NCBI GenBank assembly: GCA_017450485.1
Contig: JAFSTN010000044.1
Coordinates: forward strand, 72,792-136,791
DNA: 64,000 nucleotides
Source of the DNA: Lachnospiraceae bacterium
GTDB lineage: Bacteria > Bacillota > Clostridia > Lachnospirales > Lachnospiraceae
Reading direction: 5' to 3'
This document shows positions 18,244 to 26,481 of the stretch, piece after piece. Made by a program: the position numbers and the translations under genes. Below the pieces are notes generated by a model, which saw only the letters and a list, made by a program, of their open reading frames with translations, was not told the DNA's origin and searched no databases. Each line of letters starts with the position of its first letter. Within the stretch, counting starts at the first letter, position 1.

Positions 18244-18517
18244 GGTGCTACCTAAACGGTGGCGGTTAGTCCTCTGTCAGGGAGTACAAGCCCTGTTAAT
18301 ATAGAAACCCGTGAGGGAATAACTATAGGAGGAAATGTACTATGATCACCATGGAAAGCCTTATGGCGCTTATCGGGCTATGTATTACGATATTTGGTCT
18401 CGGCTATTCCATTGGAAGGAATAGCAAGCATTAAATAATCGCCACAGCCCGGAAAGCAGTTGGCGATTATTTAAAAACCACAATTTTCGGACTAACCGTT
18501 GCTGTACGGGTAGCACC
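18244..18517 (+). other. Structured ~274-nt transcript unit carrying the small toxin-like ORF (candidate type I toxin mRNA)
   Basis: The 5' arm 18244-18272 pairs with the 3' arm 18489-18517 over 29 positions: 22 Watson-Crick, 5 G-U and one 2x2 internal loop. Internal hairpins lie at 18279-18296 (CAGGG/CCCTG) and 18437-18468 (AATCGCCA/TGGCGATT). Confidence 0.5.
18342..18434 (+). CDS. 30-aa hydrophobic peptide, TxpA/BsrG/holin-like type I toxin candidate
   Basis: MITMESLMALIGLCITIFGLGYSIGRNSKH. SD AGGAGG (18327-18332) lies 9 nt upstream. The ESLMxxIG start resembles the Bacillus type I toxins TxpA/BsrG/BsrE (YESLMxMIxFG). It has one TM helix with a basic C-terminus. It is too short for the ORF track. 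Confidence 0.6.
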   Translation: MITMESLMALIGLCITIFGLGYSIGRNSKH

Positions 18518-18524
18518 TTTAATT
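18437..18524 (-). ncRNA. Predicted antisense (antitoxin-like) small RNA
   Basis: It would start about 7 nt downstream of the consensus minus-strand promoter at 18531-18559. It runs antisense across the 3' arm of the closing helix to the hairpin at 18468-18437, which is followed by AUUUAAUGCUU. The ends are not verifiable from sequence. Confidence 0.4.
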
Positions 18525-18530
18525 GATTCC

Positions 18531-18559
18531 ATTATAGATTTTGGTATATGCATTGTCAA
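18531..18559 (-). promoter_or_regulatory. Perfect-consensus sigma-A promoter facing the small ORF (antisense promoter)
   Basis: The minus strand reads TTGACA-ATGCATATACCAAAATC(17)-TATAAT. It begins 5 nt after the stop of the glycosyltransferase gene at 18565. Confidence 0.7.
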
Positions 18560-18564
18560 TATGA

Positions 18565-20550
18565 CTACTCCCACTTCGCCGGCACAATGCAGTAATCGCT
18601 GCGATCCAGGCTGAAGTTCGGGTTGTAGTACGGATCGCCGGCGGCAAGCTCAGCGACCCATTTCTCACGGAAGCGTTCGGATTCCTCGTTGTAACGCTCG
18701 GCAGAAGCTCCGGTCATATCCGATCCGCGGGATACCGATTCATAGTGATACAGTTCCGCAAAAGGCGTAAACACATTGAGATAGCCTTTTCCACGGCATT
18801 TGAGGCAGAAATCGACGTCGTTTAGTGACACGCGGAAGCTCTCGTCCAGCCCGCCTACTTCATCATAAATTGCGCGCAATACCATCAGGCACGCACCTGT
18901 CACGGCTGTCACGTCCTGAGCGTAGCACAGACGTCCCATATATCCGAGGTTCGTCACCGGCATCATATAATGCGTATGTCCGGCGGTTCTGTGTGCTCCC
19001 AATCCGATCACGACGCCGGCGTGCTGGATCGTCATGTCGGGATAGTACAATTTGGCACCCGCACACGCCACATCCGCGCGCTGGGCATACATCAGCAGCT
19101 CTTCGATCCAGTCGAGCGTGATGACCTCCGTATCATTATTCAGCAATAGAATGTACTCTCCGGTCGACTCCCTGACCCCCATATTGCAGACAGCAGAATA
19201 ATTGAACTCTCCCTCCCATGTAACCACACGGATATTGGGGTGAGTCTTCAATTCCTCGTAATATTCGAAGATCTCGTCAGTTACGGAATTATTCTCCACG
19301 ATCACGATCTCGTAGTTGTCATATGTGCTTTTCTCAAGGATCGACGAAATGCAGCGTTTCAGGTCCTCGATATGGTCCTTGTTGGGAATGACGATCGATA
19401 CCTTCGGATCGCCCTGGATCTCATATCTGATACGGAAAATGGTCTCAAAAGCCCGAGTCGATGTGATCTCGAAATTCTCATAACCGAGCGTACGCAGGTG
19501 ATCGGCCACCGCTCCCTTGGCGGCATCGATCGCATAACTCTTGGCATTTATGTTTTTCGCCACGGAAGCCTTATGCGAGCGCCAGTAGTACATCAGCTTC
19601 GGCACATGCACCACATGCTTCGCCCGGGCGGTCAGCCGCAATATCATATCATGGTCCTGACTGCCGTCAAACTCCGTGCGGAAAAGTTCCATACCCTCGA
19701 GCAGATCCCTGGAAAAAGCGCTGAAGTGACAGATATAGTTATTCGCCAGCAGGTTATCGGGTGCAAAATCGGGCTTAAAGTGAAGCGTGATCATATTATC
19801 CACGCTGTTACCCTTAAAAGTCGTCTCGTCGCAATAAATATAATCGGCATCCTGCTCGCAGATCACCTTCATATACTCATACAGCACCGAAGGATGCAGA
19901 ATATCATCATGGTCGAATAGAGCGATGAAGTTGCCCGTTGCCATTCGGTAACACTCGTTCGTATTGCCTGATATTCCTTCATTCGATTCCAGCTTCTTAT
20001 ATAAGATACGTTTATCTTCCGCAGCATATTGCCCACACAGCTCACCTACATAGGCGTGTTCGGCATCCGAACCATCCGCCAGGCAGAGTTCCCAGCCGGC
20101 GTAGGTCTGTGACCTCACGGACTCTATCATATCGATCAGGAACTTTTTCGGCGTATTATACAGAGGCACGAGTATGGAAAAGACTATATCGCGGTCAAAC
20201 CGGGTCTCCTCTTCCTTTTTGCGGCGCGCAGCATCGGGAAACGACTTCGTGCCATGGCTGGAGCGGGCTGCTCTCTCCTGCATTTTGGAGTCGACTTTGC
20301 GCAGGATCCCGCGGATGGAGCCGTATGCACCCAGTCTTTGCTTAGTACGCTGCAAAAAGTGGATAACATCTCTCGCCGGTTTGCTGGCCTTCCAAAGTCC
20401 CGATCCTTTGATACGCTCCAGCCTGTCAGCAGTGGCATTCATCTCATTCCGTGCCGCCGCGATCTTGGCCTGCAGAGCTTCGGTACGTTCTTTCTCGGAC
20501 TTGTATTCATTTATATAGTAGTTTTGGTCTTCCATATTCACTGTTACCAT
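18565..20550 (-). CDS. Dual-domain family 2 glycosyltransferase with N-terminal coiled coil
   Basis: 661 aa. About 100 aa of coiled coil contain GSGLWKASKPAR. Two GT2 modules follow: FSILVPLYNT...FDHDD, and VSIVIPNKDH...VENNS...LLNNDTEV. Confidence 0.85.
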   Translation of the reverse strand: MVTVNMEDQNYYINEYKSEKERTEALQAKIAAARNEMNATADRLERIKGSGLWKASKPARDVIHFLQRTKQRLGAYGSIRGILRKVDSKMQERAARSSHGTKSFPDAARRKKEEETRFDRDIVFSILVPLYNTPKKFLIDMIESVRSQTYAGWELCLADGSDAEHAYVGELCGQYAAEDKRILYKKLESNEGISGNTNECYRMATGNFIALFDHDDILHPSVLYEYMKVICEQDADYIYCDETTFKGNSVDNMITLHFKPDFAPDNLLANNYICHFSAFSRDLLEGMELFRTEFDGSQDHDMILRLTARAKHVVHVPKLMYYWRSHKASVAKNINAKSYAIDAAKGAVADHLRTLGYENFEITSTRAFETIFRIRYEIQGDPKVSIVIPNKDHIEDLKRCISSILEKSTYDNYEIVIVENNSVTDEIFEYYEELKTHPNIRVVTWEGEFNYSAVCNMGVRESTGEYILLLNNDTEVITLDWIEELLMYAQRADVACAGAKLYYPDMTIQHAGVVIGLGAHRTAGHTHYMMPVTNLGYMGRLCYAQDVTAVTGACLMVLRAIYDEVGGLDESFRVSLNDVDFCLKCRGKGYLNVFTPFAELYHYESVSRGSDMTGASAERYNEESERFREKWVAELAAGDPYYNPNFSLDRSDYCIVPAKWE

Positions 20551-20566
20551 CCCGTATACCGACTTG

Positions 20567-22972
20567 CTATACCGTGAATTTAGCCTCCGTATAAATGACC
20601 TTTCCGGTGCTCGCTGAAGCGTTTAAATCATGATTTAGCACGAGTGGCTCGATCCCGATGCTATATTCGCCCGCTACTAAATCATCTTTCAACACGCGAG
20701 CCTCGAAACCGCATAACCTGTTATTTTTTTCATCAGGGAAGGTCTCTTCGAGGTCAAAACGGGGTACGGGATCACTTTCAACCCTATATATAGTCCCATC
20801 AGTGTTATTTTTTAGTATCAGAGACACAAGATGCTGTGAATTGTCCCCTCCGGTTATAAACGACCAACCGCGAACCTCAATGATTTCGGGATCTTCCAGC
20901 CTTATCTTGGGTTGGATACCCGCGAAATCAATCGATATTTTATAGGTGTCTGCGGGCGATTCTGCAAGTTCGCTTGCATCAATTTGTCTGACACTTGCAC
21001 ACTTGACGTGATTATTGTATCCATAATCGAAATTACTTAGATAATTCGAGTCATTTCCGATTAAATTCGGGTTGTAATACGGATCTTCATCCAAAAATTC
21101 AGGATAGATTTGATACAGGCGATTTTTCTCATTCAAAAGACGATTCCACTTCCCATCGTCACCTTCATCCAAACCTCTGGTCATGGATTCATGATGATAG
21201 AGCAGCGCACCGTTACATTGCAAATTAACTAACCCCGAGCGGGCCAGTTTCATGTTCAAAGCCACATCATTGTATGCTACGGGAAAGCTTTCATCAAATC
21301 CGCCGGCACCGTCAAACTTGGAAGTCTGTATAAGCATGCAAGCTGCGGTCACGCCCAACATATCATATGCAAGGCTGTTTCTACCATAATAATAAATACG
21401 GTCATCGGGATACATGACCAGCTTATGTGATGGTCCTATTTCCATGGAAGTTATGCCCACATGCTGAATCAGATCGGAATCCGCGTACAGAAGCTTGGCT
21501 CCCACCGCGCCTATATGAGGTCTGAATGCATATCCGGCCATCAGACGAAGCCAGTCTTTCTGCACTACCTCGATATCATCATTCATGAACAGGAGCAGAT
21601 CGCCGTTTGCGGCTTCCGCTGCCCTGTTACACAATGCCGAAAAGTTGAAATCACGCGGTTCGTATATATATTCATGCGGATATCCACCTGCCAGTTCATC
21701 GATGATATCCACGTAACGCGCGCGATTATCGGGATCTGAGCCGTTATCCACCACTATGAACTCCAGATCATCGTAGTCGGTGCGCTCCGTAAAGGAAGTC
21801 AGCAGTTTGCGTACCAGTTCGGGGTGATCCTTGGATAATATCAGGACCGATACCAGATGTTTAGGCGGAAGATCATAGCAAATATGGTGATCTAAGGGGT
21901 TCTGGCCTGAGTAAAATCCCGCTTTAACCCCACGCCTCTTGAAGGAACGCTTCTTAACAGCGTCATATTCGGACGAGGCTCCCCAAATGAGTTTCCCCGA
22001 GCCTAAATCGTCTTTTAACCGTTTGGATATTTCGGACCACAGTTCATAACTATCGCTATTTGAATGAATATCCTTGACGTGGTTATGAGCAAGAACCTGC
22101 GGTATATGAACTACAGCCGGTTCATCGTAATGCTTGCCTATGCGGTCTGATACCTGCAGAAACAGGTCATAAACGTTAGCACGGCCATCTTTTGAACCCA
22201 TCCAGTCCGCACGGACAGCTATATCGGTACGTATCAATGCGATATTTCCGAGATAAAAGAAACTGTCAAGGGTATCCGGTGACCAGTCGGGCTTGAAATC
22301 AGGTTCCAGCCGGTGAATATGTGCAGCTTCGGCCGACAGGGACTCAACCGTATAATAATGATCCTCGTCCGCGTATGCTATCTGTGCATCAGGATGCTTG
22401 GACAGCTCATTGTCCAGTCTCTCTGCATATCCGCGTGCCAGCATCACATCCCTGGATGTGAACAGTATCCACGGAGCTCGCACGGATGCATCGAAAGGTG
22501 CCCGCATACCGCCGCAATCCTCAAAATAAACAATATGAAAGCGGCTCTCACGGACGCGGGCCATACCGGACTCATTGAAGGTAATATATTTATTCTCGAT
22601 CGGGTCCTTGCGGATCCATTGAGCATAGTAATCCTCGTATTCCCACAGACGTTTTGCGTATATTTCCGCAGGAGTGCTGCCGGTGCCGGATGCAGGCGCG
22701 GATGAACCACTGACTCCGTCCCGGGGGGTCACGGCGGTGTTGGGCGTGGATGAACCACTGACTCCGTCCCCGCGTATCATATGGTAGAGTTTGCGGGCAG
22801 GGGCGAGAGCCCGCCAAATAGAGCTGCCTGTCACGCGATTCAATGCGACATTCAGCTCATCGGTTTTGGCTGTGATCTCACCGAGTTCAACGGCCAGCGC
22901 GTTATTCAGTTTCTTCTGTCTGTGGCAGATATCCTCGTAATATCTCTCCCACGTGTATTCTTCGTATGACAT
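20567..22972 (-). CDS. Multidomain glycosyltransferase (coiled coil, linker, degenerate GT-like region, GT2 module, C-terminal beta-rich domain)
   Basis: 801 aa. The N-terminal coiled coil carries GSSIWRALAPAR, the same motif as its neighbour. The GT2 module is VSVLILSKDH...VVDNGS...FMNDDIEV. The last ~130 aa are beta-rich. Confidence 0.8.
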   Translation of the reverse strand: MSYEEYTWERYYEDICHRQKKLNNALAVELGEITAKTDELNVALNRVTGSSIWRALAPARKLYHMIRGDGVSGSSTPNTAVTPRDGVSGSSAPASGTGSTPAEIYAKRLWEYEDYYAQWIRKDPIENKYITFNESGMARVRESRFHIVYFEDCGGMRAPFDASVRAPWILFTSRDVMLARGYAERLDNELSKHPDAQIAYADEDHYYTVESLSAEAAHIHRLEPDFKPDWSPDTLDSFFYLGNIALIRTDIAVRADWMGSKDGRANVYDLFLQVSDRIGKHYDEPAVVHIPQVLAHNHVKDIHSNSDSYELWSEISKRLKDDLGSGKLIWGASSEYDAVKKRSFKRRGVKAGFYSGQNPLDHHICYDLPPKHLVSVLILSKDHPELVRKLLTSFTERTDYDDLEFIVVDNGSDPDNRARYVDIIDELAGGYPHEYIYEPRDFNFSALCNRAAEAANGDLLLFMNDDIEVVQKDWLRLMAGYAFRPHIGAVGAKLLYADSDLIQHVGITSMEIGPSHKLVMYPDDRIYYYGRNSLAYDMLGVTAACMLIQTSKFDGAGGFDESFPVAYNDVALNMKLARSGLVNLQCNGALLYHHESMTRGLDEGDDGKWNRLLNEKNRLYQIYPEFLDEDPYYNPNLIGNDSNYLSNFDYGYNNHVKCASVRQIDASELAESPADTYKISIDFAGIQPKIRLEDPEIIEVRGWSFITGGDNSQHLVSLILKNNTDGTIYRVESDPVPRFDLEETFPDEKNNRLCGFEARVLKDDLVAGEYSIGIEPLVLNHDLNASASTGKVIYTEAKFTV

Positions 22973-23009
22973 TTTGATCCCAGTGTGTGCCGGTGCTTCC
23001 TGCGAAATA

Positions 23010-25064
23010 TCACCCTAACCTCGCAGCGGTCTCCGGATCCAGCTCGGTGACCTTCATATCCACTGAGAACAGGTTGATCGGTCTGTCCTCAAGGCCCTTC
23101 AGGTTGATCGTGAATCCCGGATCCGACGTGGCGAAAGCATATGTATCGCGCCCGACTTTACGTCCGTTCGACTTGAATGAAAGCATACCGCGCGGAACCG
23201 GTGCTCCGTTCCATGTGATCTCGCCGATGCTCACCAGGCAGAAAGCACTGCACGGATCGACTCTCATGGCCTTTCGCCCGGACGGGACCTCCATCGTAAA
23301 AGGAAAACCGTCAGCAAAATAGGATTCCTCTTCATTAAAGCCTCGCCCTGTATCTTCATATACCTGCGGTCGCATATTCACCCCGGAACCGCTGCTCACG
23401 GAGCCGGATTCAAGCGTCTCTATATCGACTGCCCTGTAGCCTATAAGTTCTCTGATCTCAGCCAGTGATCTGTGGTTCGCAGTCACGCTTTTCTGGAAGG
23501 TCATTTCCTGCTCACGCAATTCTTCTGCGGTTGCAGAATTGATGTTCAATAATTCGATAATTGAATCTAAACTTAATTTATCTCTCTTTTTATCCTCGAG
23601 CACATAGCAGTAGATCGCCCTGAAACCAAGGTCTCTGGCCTTCCATACCTCAGATGTGGTCCACTCATAATCTATGACAGTCCATTTGTCTCCGTTCACG
23701 AGAATATTGGAAAAGATCAGGTCGATATCCGTGATATCCGCCATGTCTTCCCCATAGGAAATACGCTTCATATAATCCTTGAAAAGCTCAATAAATCCTT
23801 CCTGATCGTTGCGGGACAGGCAGCCATCCAGTAATTCCTCAAGCGATACACCCTGCACATAGTCAAACTCCAGAACAGTCCCATCCTCCGACAGCCTCGC
23901 AGGCGCGATCGACAGCTTGCAGCCGCGTCCCGAGTATCTCTTCGCCAGCTTCTTATACGCACCGGCCATCTCCCTCAAGTGTCCCGCAGCTTCTTCATTC
24001 AGGGCACGCTTCCGTACCACACAGGTTCCGTTCTGCTCGATCATCTCGGTAACGATACGGTACTGTCTGGCCCTGTCATTACTGTATCTGGCGAACTTCA
24101 CACCGGGCTCGGGCCCGAGGATCATCATATACGAGTTCGAATACAGATTAAACAGTCCCTCATCCAGGATCGTATCGTATGCATCTTTTTCGTTGAATAA
24201 AAGCAGACGGTCTCTGTCTAAATTACGCAGGTTATCCTTCAGCTCGCCCTTATTCGGCAGGCGTCTGTCGGAGTAGAGGTTCGTCATGAACTTATAATCC
24301 GGATAGGGATAATACATATGATATTCATCAAACCCGCTTCTGCGTGCCGTCTCGATGAGCTTGCGATCTGTGAAAGTGCGTACCACACCGCCATCCGGGT
24401 ATCCCTCAATGGAGCTGAAATAAGTCCCAAGATGGTCCTCTTTGCATCCGGCCCAGTATTTCAGTCCGAAACGGTTCTCTATCGCTATAACCACAGTTCC
24501 GCCCGGTTTAAGATGGGAGCGTATGAGCTTCAGAAAGTCTCCGTAAGGATCCTCGCTGTCCACATAGCCCCTGGCATATTCAAACACACCTATCAGGCAG
24601 ATATAGTCAAAATCACGATCCAGGGATTTCTCCACATCCGTGAAATTCCCGACATGAATCGTGATATTATCGCAGAACTGGTGCCTGTAGGCATTAATCC
24701 TGCTGCGTTTGTATGACAGGTCACAGCACGTCACACTCCCAGCTTTCTCAGAGAGTTTTCCTGTGATCGCACCGCATCCGGCCCCTACTTCCAGTACCTT
24801 CATCGACTTATCCACGGGAAGCCATTCCACGATGTTCTCGCGAAGCTCCGAAAGGTGATACAGTACCGGCCAGCTGGCAGATTCCTCTATGATGTCCTGA
24901 AACTCAGCCGGAGAGCGGTCTCTCGCTATCTCGAGCAGATCATCCTCCACCTGTCCGTCAGAGTATTTATCCTCACCATTGTAAAAGGTCAAATCTAGAT
25001 TTACTCTTCCGATGTTTTCAGTCTTTTTATTTGTCTTTTCGTCTGACGTGGCGTCTAAACCCAT
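23010..25064 (-). CDS. SAM-dependent methyltransferase fused to a kinase-like domain and a C-terminal domain (WbdD-like candidate chain terminator)
   Basis: 684 aa. Methyltransferase motif I is VLEVGAGCGAITG. The central region has DLIFSNILV (D-x4-N) and VIDYEW (metal-binding-loop-like), as in protein-kinase-like folds. It is adjacent to a Wzt/Wzm-type exporter. Confidence 0.6.
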   Translation of the reverse strand: MGLDATSDEKTNKKTENIGRVNLDLTFYNGEDKYSDGQVEDDLLEIARDRSPAEFQDIIEESASWPVLYHLSELRENIVEWLPVDKSMKVLEVGAGCGAITGKLSEKAGSVTCCDLSYKRSRINAYRHQFCDNITIHVGNFTDVEKSLDRDFDYICLIGVFEYARGYVDSEDPYGDFLKLIRSHLKPGGTVVIAIENRFGLKYWAGCKEDHLGTYFSSIEGYPDGGVVRTFTDRKLIETARRSGFDEYHMYYPYPDYKFMTNLYSDRRLPNKGELKDNLRNLDRDRLLLFNEKDAYDTILDEGLFNLYSNSYMMILGPEPGVKFARYSNDRARQYRIVTEMIEQNGTCVVRKRALNEEAAGHLREMAGAYKKLAKRYSGRGCKLSIAPARLSEDGTVLEFDYVQGVSLEELLDGCLSRNDQEGFIELFKDYMKRISYGEDMADITDIDLIFSNILVNGDKWTVIDYEWTTSEVWKARDLGFRAIYCYVLEDKKRDKLSLDSIIELLNINSATAEELREQEMTFQKSVTANHRSLAEIRELIGYRAVDIETLESGSVSSGSGVNMRPQVYEDTGRGFNEEESYFADGFPFTMEVPSGRKAMRVDPCSAFCLVSIGEITWNGAPVPRGMLSFKSNGRKVGRDTYAFATSDPGFTINLKGLEDRPINLFSVDMKVTELDPETAARLG

Positions 25065-25095
25065 GTAAAATCAACCTTTTAAGGGTGTACGTGTG

Positions 25096-26469
25096 TTATT
25101 TAACCGTCACCCTTGACTCGCTGTCATAGTATCCTACCGTATCCTTATCCGAGATGACGGTCAGATTGAGCACATCATACAATCTGTGATATACCGTGAA
25201 CGTATCCTCCTCGAAGCCCGTACAACCCAGACTCAGCAGATATTCACCGCCCTGCAGGTTCATATGCTGGGTAAACGTGATCTCCTTAACCTCTCCGGCT
25301 TTCACAGGTTCCAGGAAGCTCTTCTCTATCATGGTATTGGTGCCTGTTATCTCGGTACCGCGTATATTTTTGATCGTATATGCGAATATGGGGCCGGGAA
25401 TATCTTCATTTATCCTGACACGCATGTGAATACTGTAATCTGAACCCTTGATGATGGCAGATGTACGCGTCCCGTTTTCATCCGTGATGTAGTATTCCTC
25501 GATAGTAGCCTTCCCCGATCCGTACTCTATGAGTTCGGGATTCACATTTGCATCAGCAGATGCCATCGTTCCGCCTGCGCCTGCACCCGCTGAAGTCCCG
25601 GCAGAGCCCGTACCATCAGCTTCGGCTTCGGATTTATCCACCGCTTTAGCGGCAACGCTCCTCAATTCCTCATCATCCAGCAGCCGGTGTTCTCCGGGCT
25701 CGGGAAGCGTATACTGTCCCACCAGAACTTTCTTATATGCATCGATCATCTCTTTGGGGGCACCCTCGCCGAGCTTTACACCGCGATTCAACAGTACCAC
25801 CCTGTCGCAATACTTCGCGATCGAGCTTAAATCGTGACTTACGAAGAGAATCGTCTTGCCCATGGCCTTGAATTCTTCGAACTTGTGGTAGCATTTTGCC
25901 TGGAAAAACACGTCTCCGACGCTCAATGCCTCGTCCACGATAAGTATCTCGGGATCTATATTGATAGCCACGGCGAAAGCCAGTCGCACGAACATACCGC
26001 TCGAATATGTCTTGCACGGCTGGTAAACATACTCTCCGATATCGGCAAACTCCAGGATCGACTCCATCTTCTCGTCTATCTCTTTTTTAGAGAATCCGAT
26101 CATCGTACCGTTCAGATAGATATTATCGATACCGTTGTATTCCATATTGAAACCGGCGCCCAGTTCGAGCAACGCCGAGATACGCCCATCGACCTCCACC
26201 TCGCCGGCAGTAGGATTCAGAACGCCCGTTATGATCTTGAGAATAGTGGATTTTCCGGATCCGTTGGTACCGATGATACCGACAGTCTCACCCTTGCGGA
26301 TCTCCATATTCACATCGCTTAGGGCCTTATGATCCGTATGCCTGCACTTTGACAGACCGAGGGCTTCTTTCAGCCGGTCCGACGGCTTATCATACAGCCT
26401 GTAGACCTTATCCACGTGGCGGACACTGATCGCTATGCTGTTGTCATCCGTTTTCTTAATGTCGCTCAT
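25096..26469 (-). CDS. Polysaccharide ABC exporter ATP-binding protein (Wzt/TagH type) with extended C-terminal domain
   Basis: Walker A GTNGSGKST, signature YSSGM and Walker B ILIVDEAL are present. A G/A/S/T-rich linker and a ~150-aa beta-rich domain follow, in the position of the Wzt glycan-cap-binding domain. Confidence 0.85.
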   Translation of the reverse strand: MSDIKKTDDNSIAISVRHVDKVYRLYDKPSDRLKEALGLSKCRHTDHKALSDVNMEIRKGETVGIIGTNGSGKSTILKIITGVLNPTAGEVEVDGRISALLELGAGFNMEYNGIDNIYLNGTMIGFSKKEIDEKMESILEFADIGEYVYQPCKTYSSGMFVRLAFAVAINIDPEILIVDEALSVGDVFFQAKCYHKFEEFKAMGKTILFVSHDLSSIAKYCDRVVLLNRGVKLGEGAPKEMIDAYKKVLVGQYTLPEPGEHRLLDDEELRSVAAKAVDKSEAEADGTGSAGTSAGAGAGGTMASADANVNPELIEYGSGKATIEEYYITDENGTRTSAIIKGSDYSIHMRVRINEDIPGPIFAYTIKNIRGTEITGTNTMIEKSFLEPVKAGEVKEITFTQHMNLQGGEYLLSLGCTGFEEDTFTVYHRLYDVLNLTVISDKDTVGYYDSESRVTVK

Positions 26470-26481
26470 ATATCTGCACGC

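Noticed and set aside
18335-18424. Alternative 29-codon ORF (MYYDHHGKPYGAYRAMYYDIWSRLFHWKE) in another frame of the small-ORF locus
   Set aside because: Its ATG is only 2 nt from the AGGAGG, which is too close for initiation. The peptide is hydrophilic and resembles no toxin family. The frame starting at 18342 has ideal 9-nt spacing and a TM peptide.
18244-18517. Interpretation of the 29-nt inverted termini as terminal inverted repeats of a MITE
   Set aside because: All five imperfect positions are G-U compatible only on the plus strand. The left arm starts exactly at the predicted +1 of a strong promoter. No flanking direct repeats and no second copy in the window were seen. This is not fully excluded without a genome-wide search.
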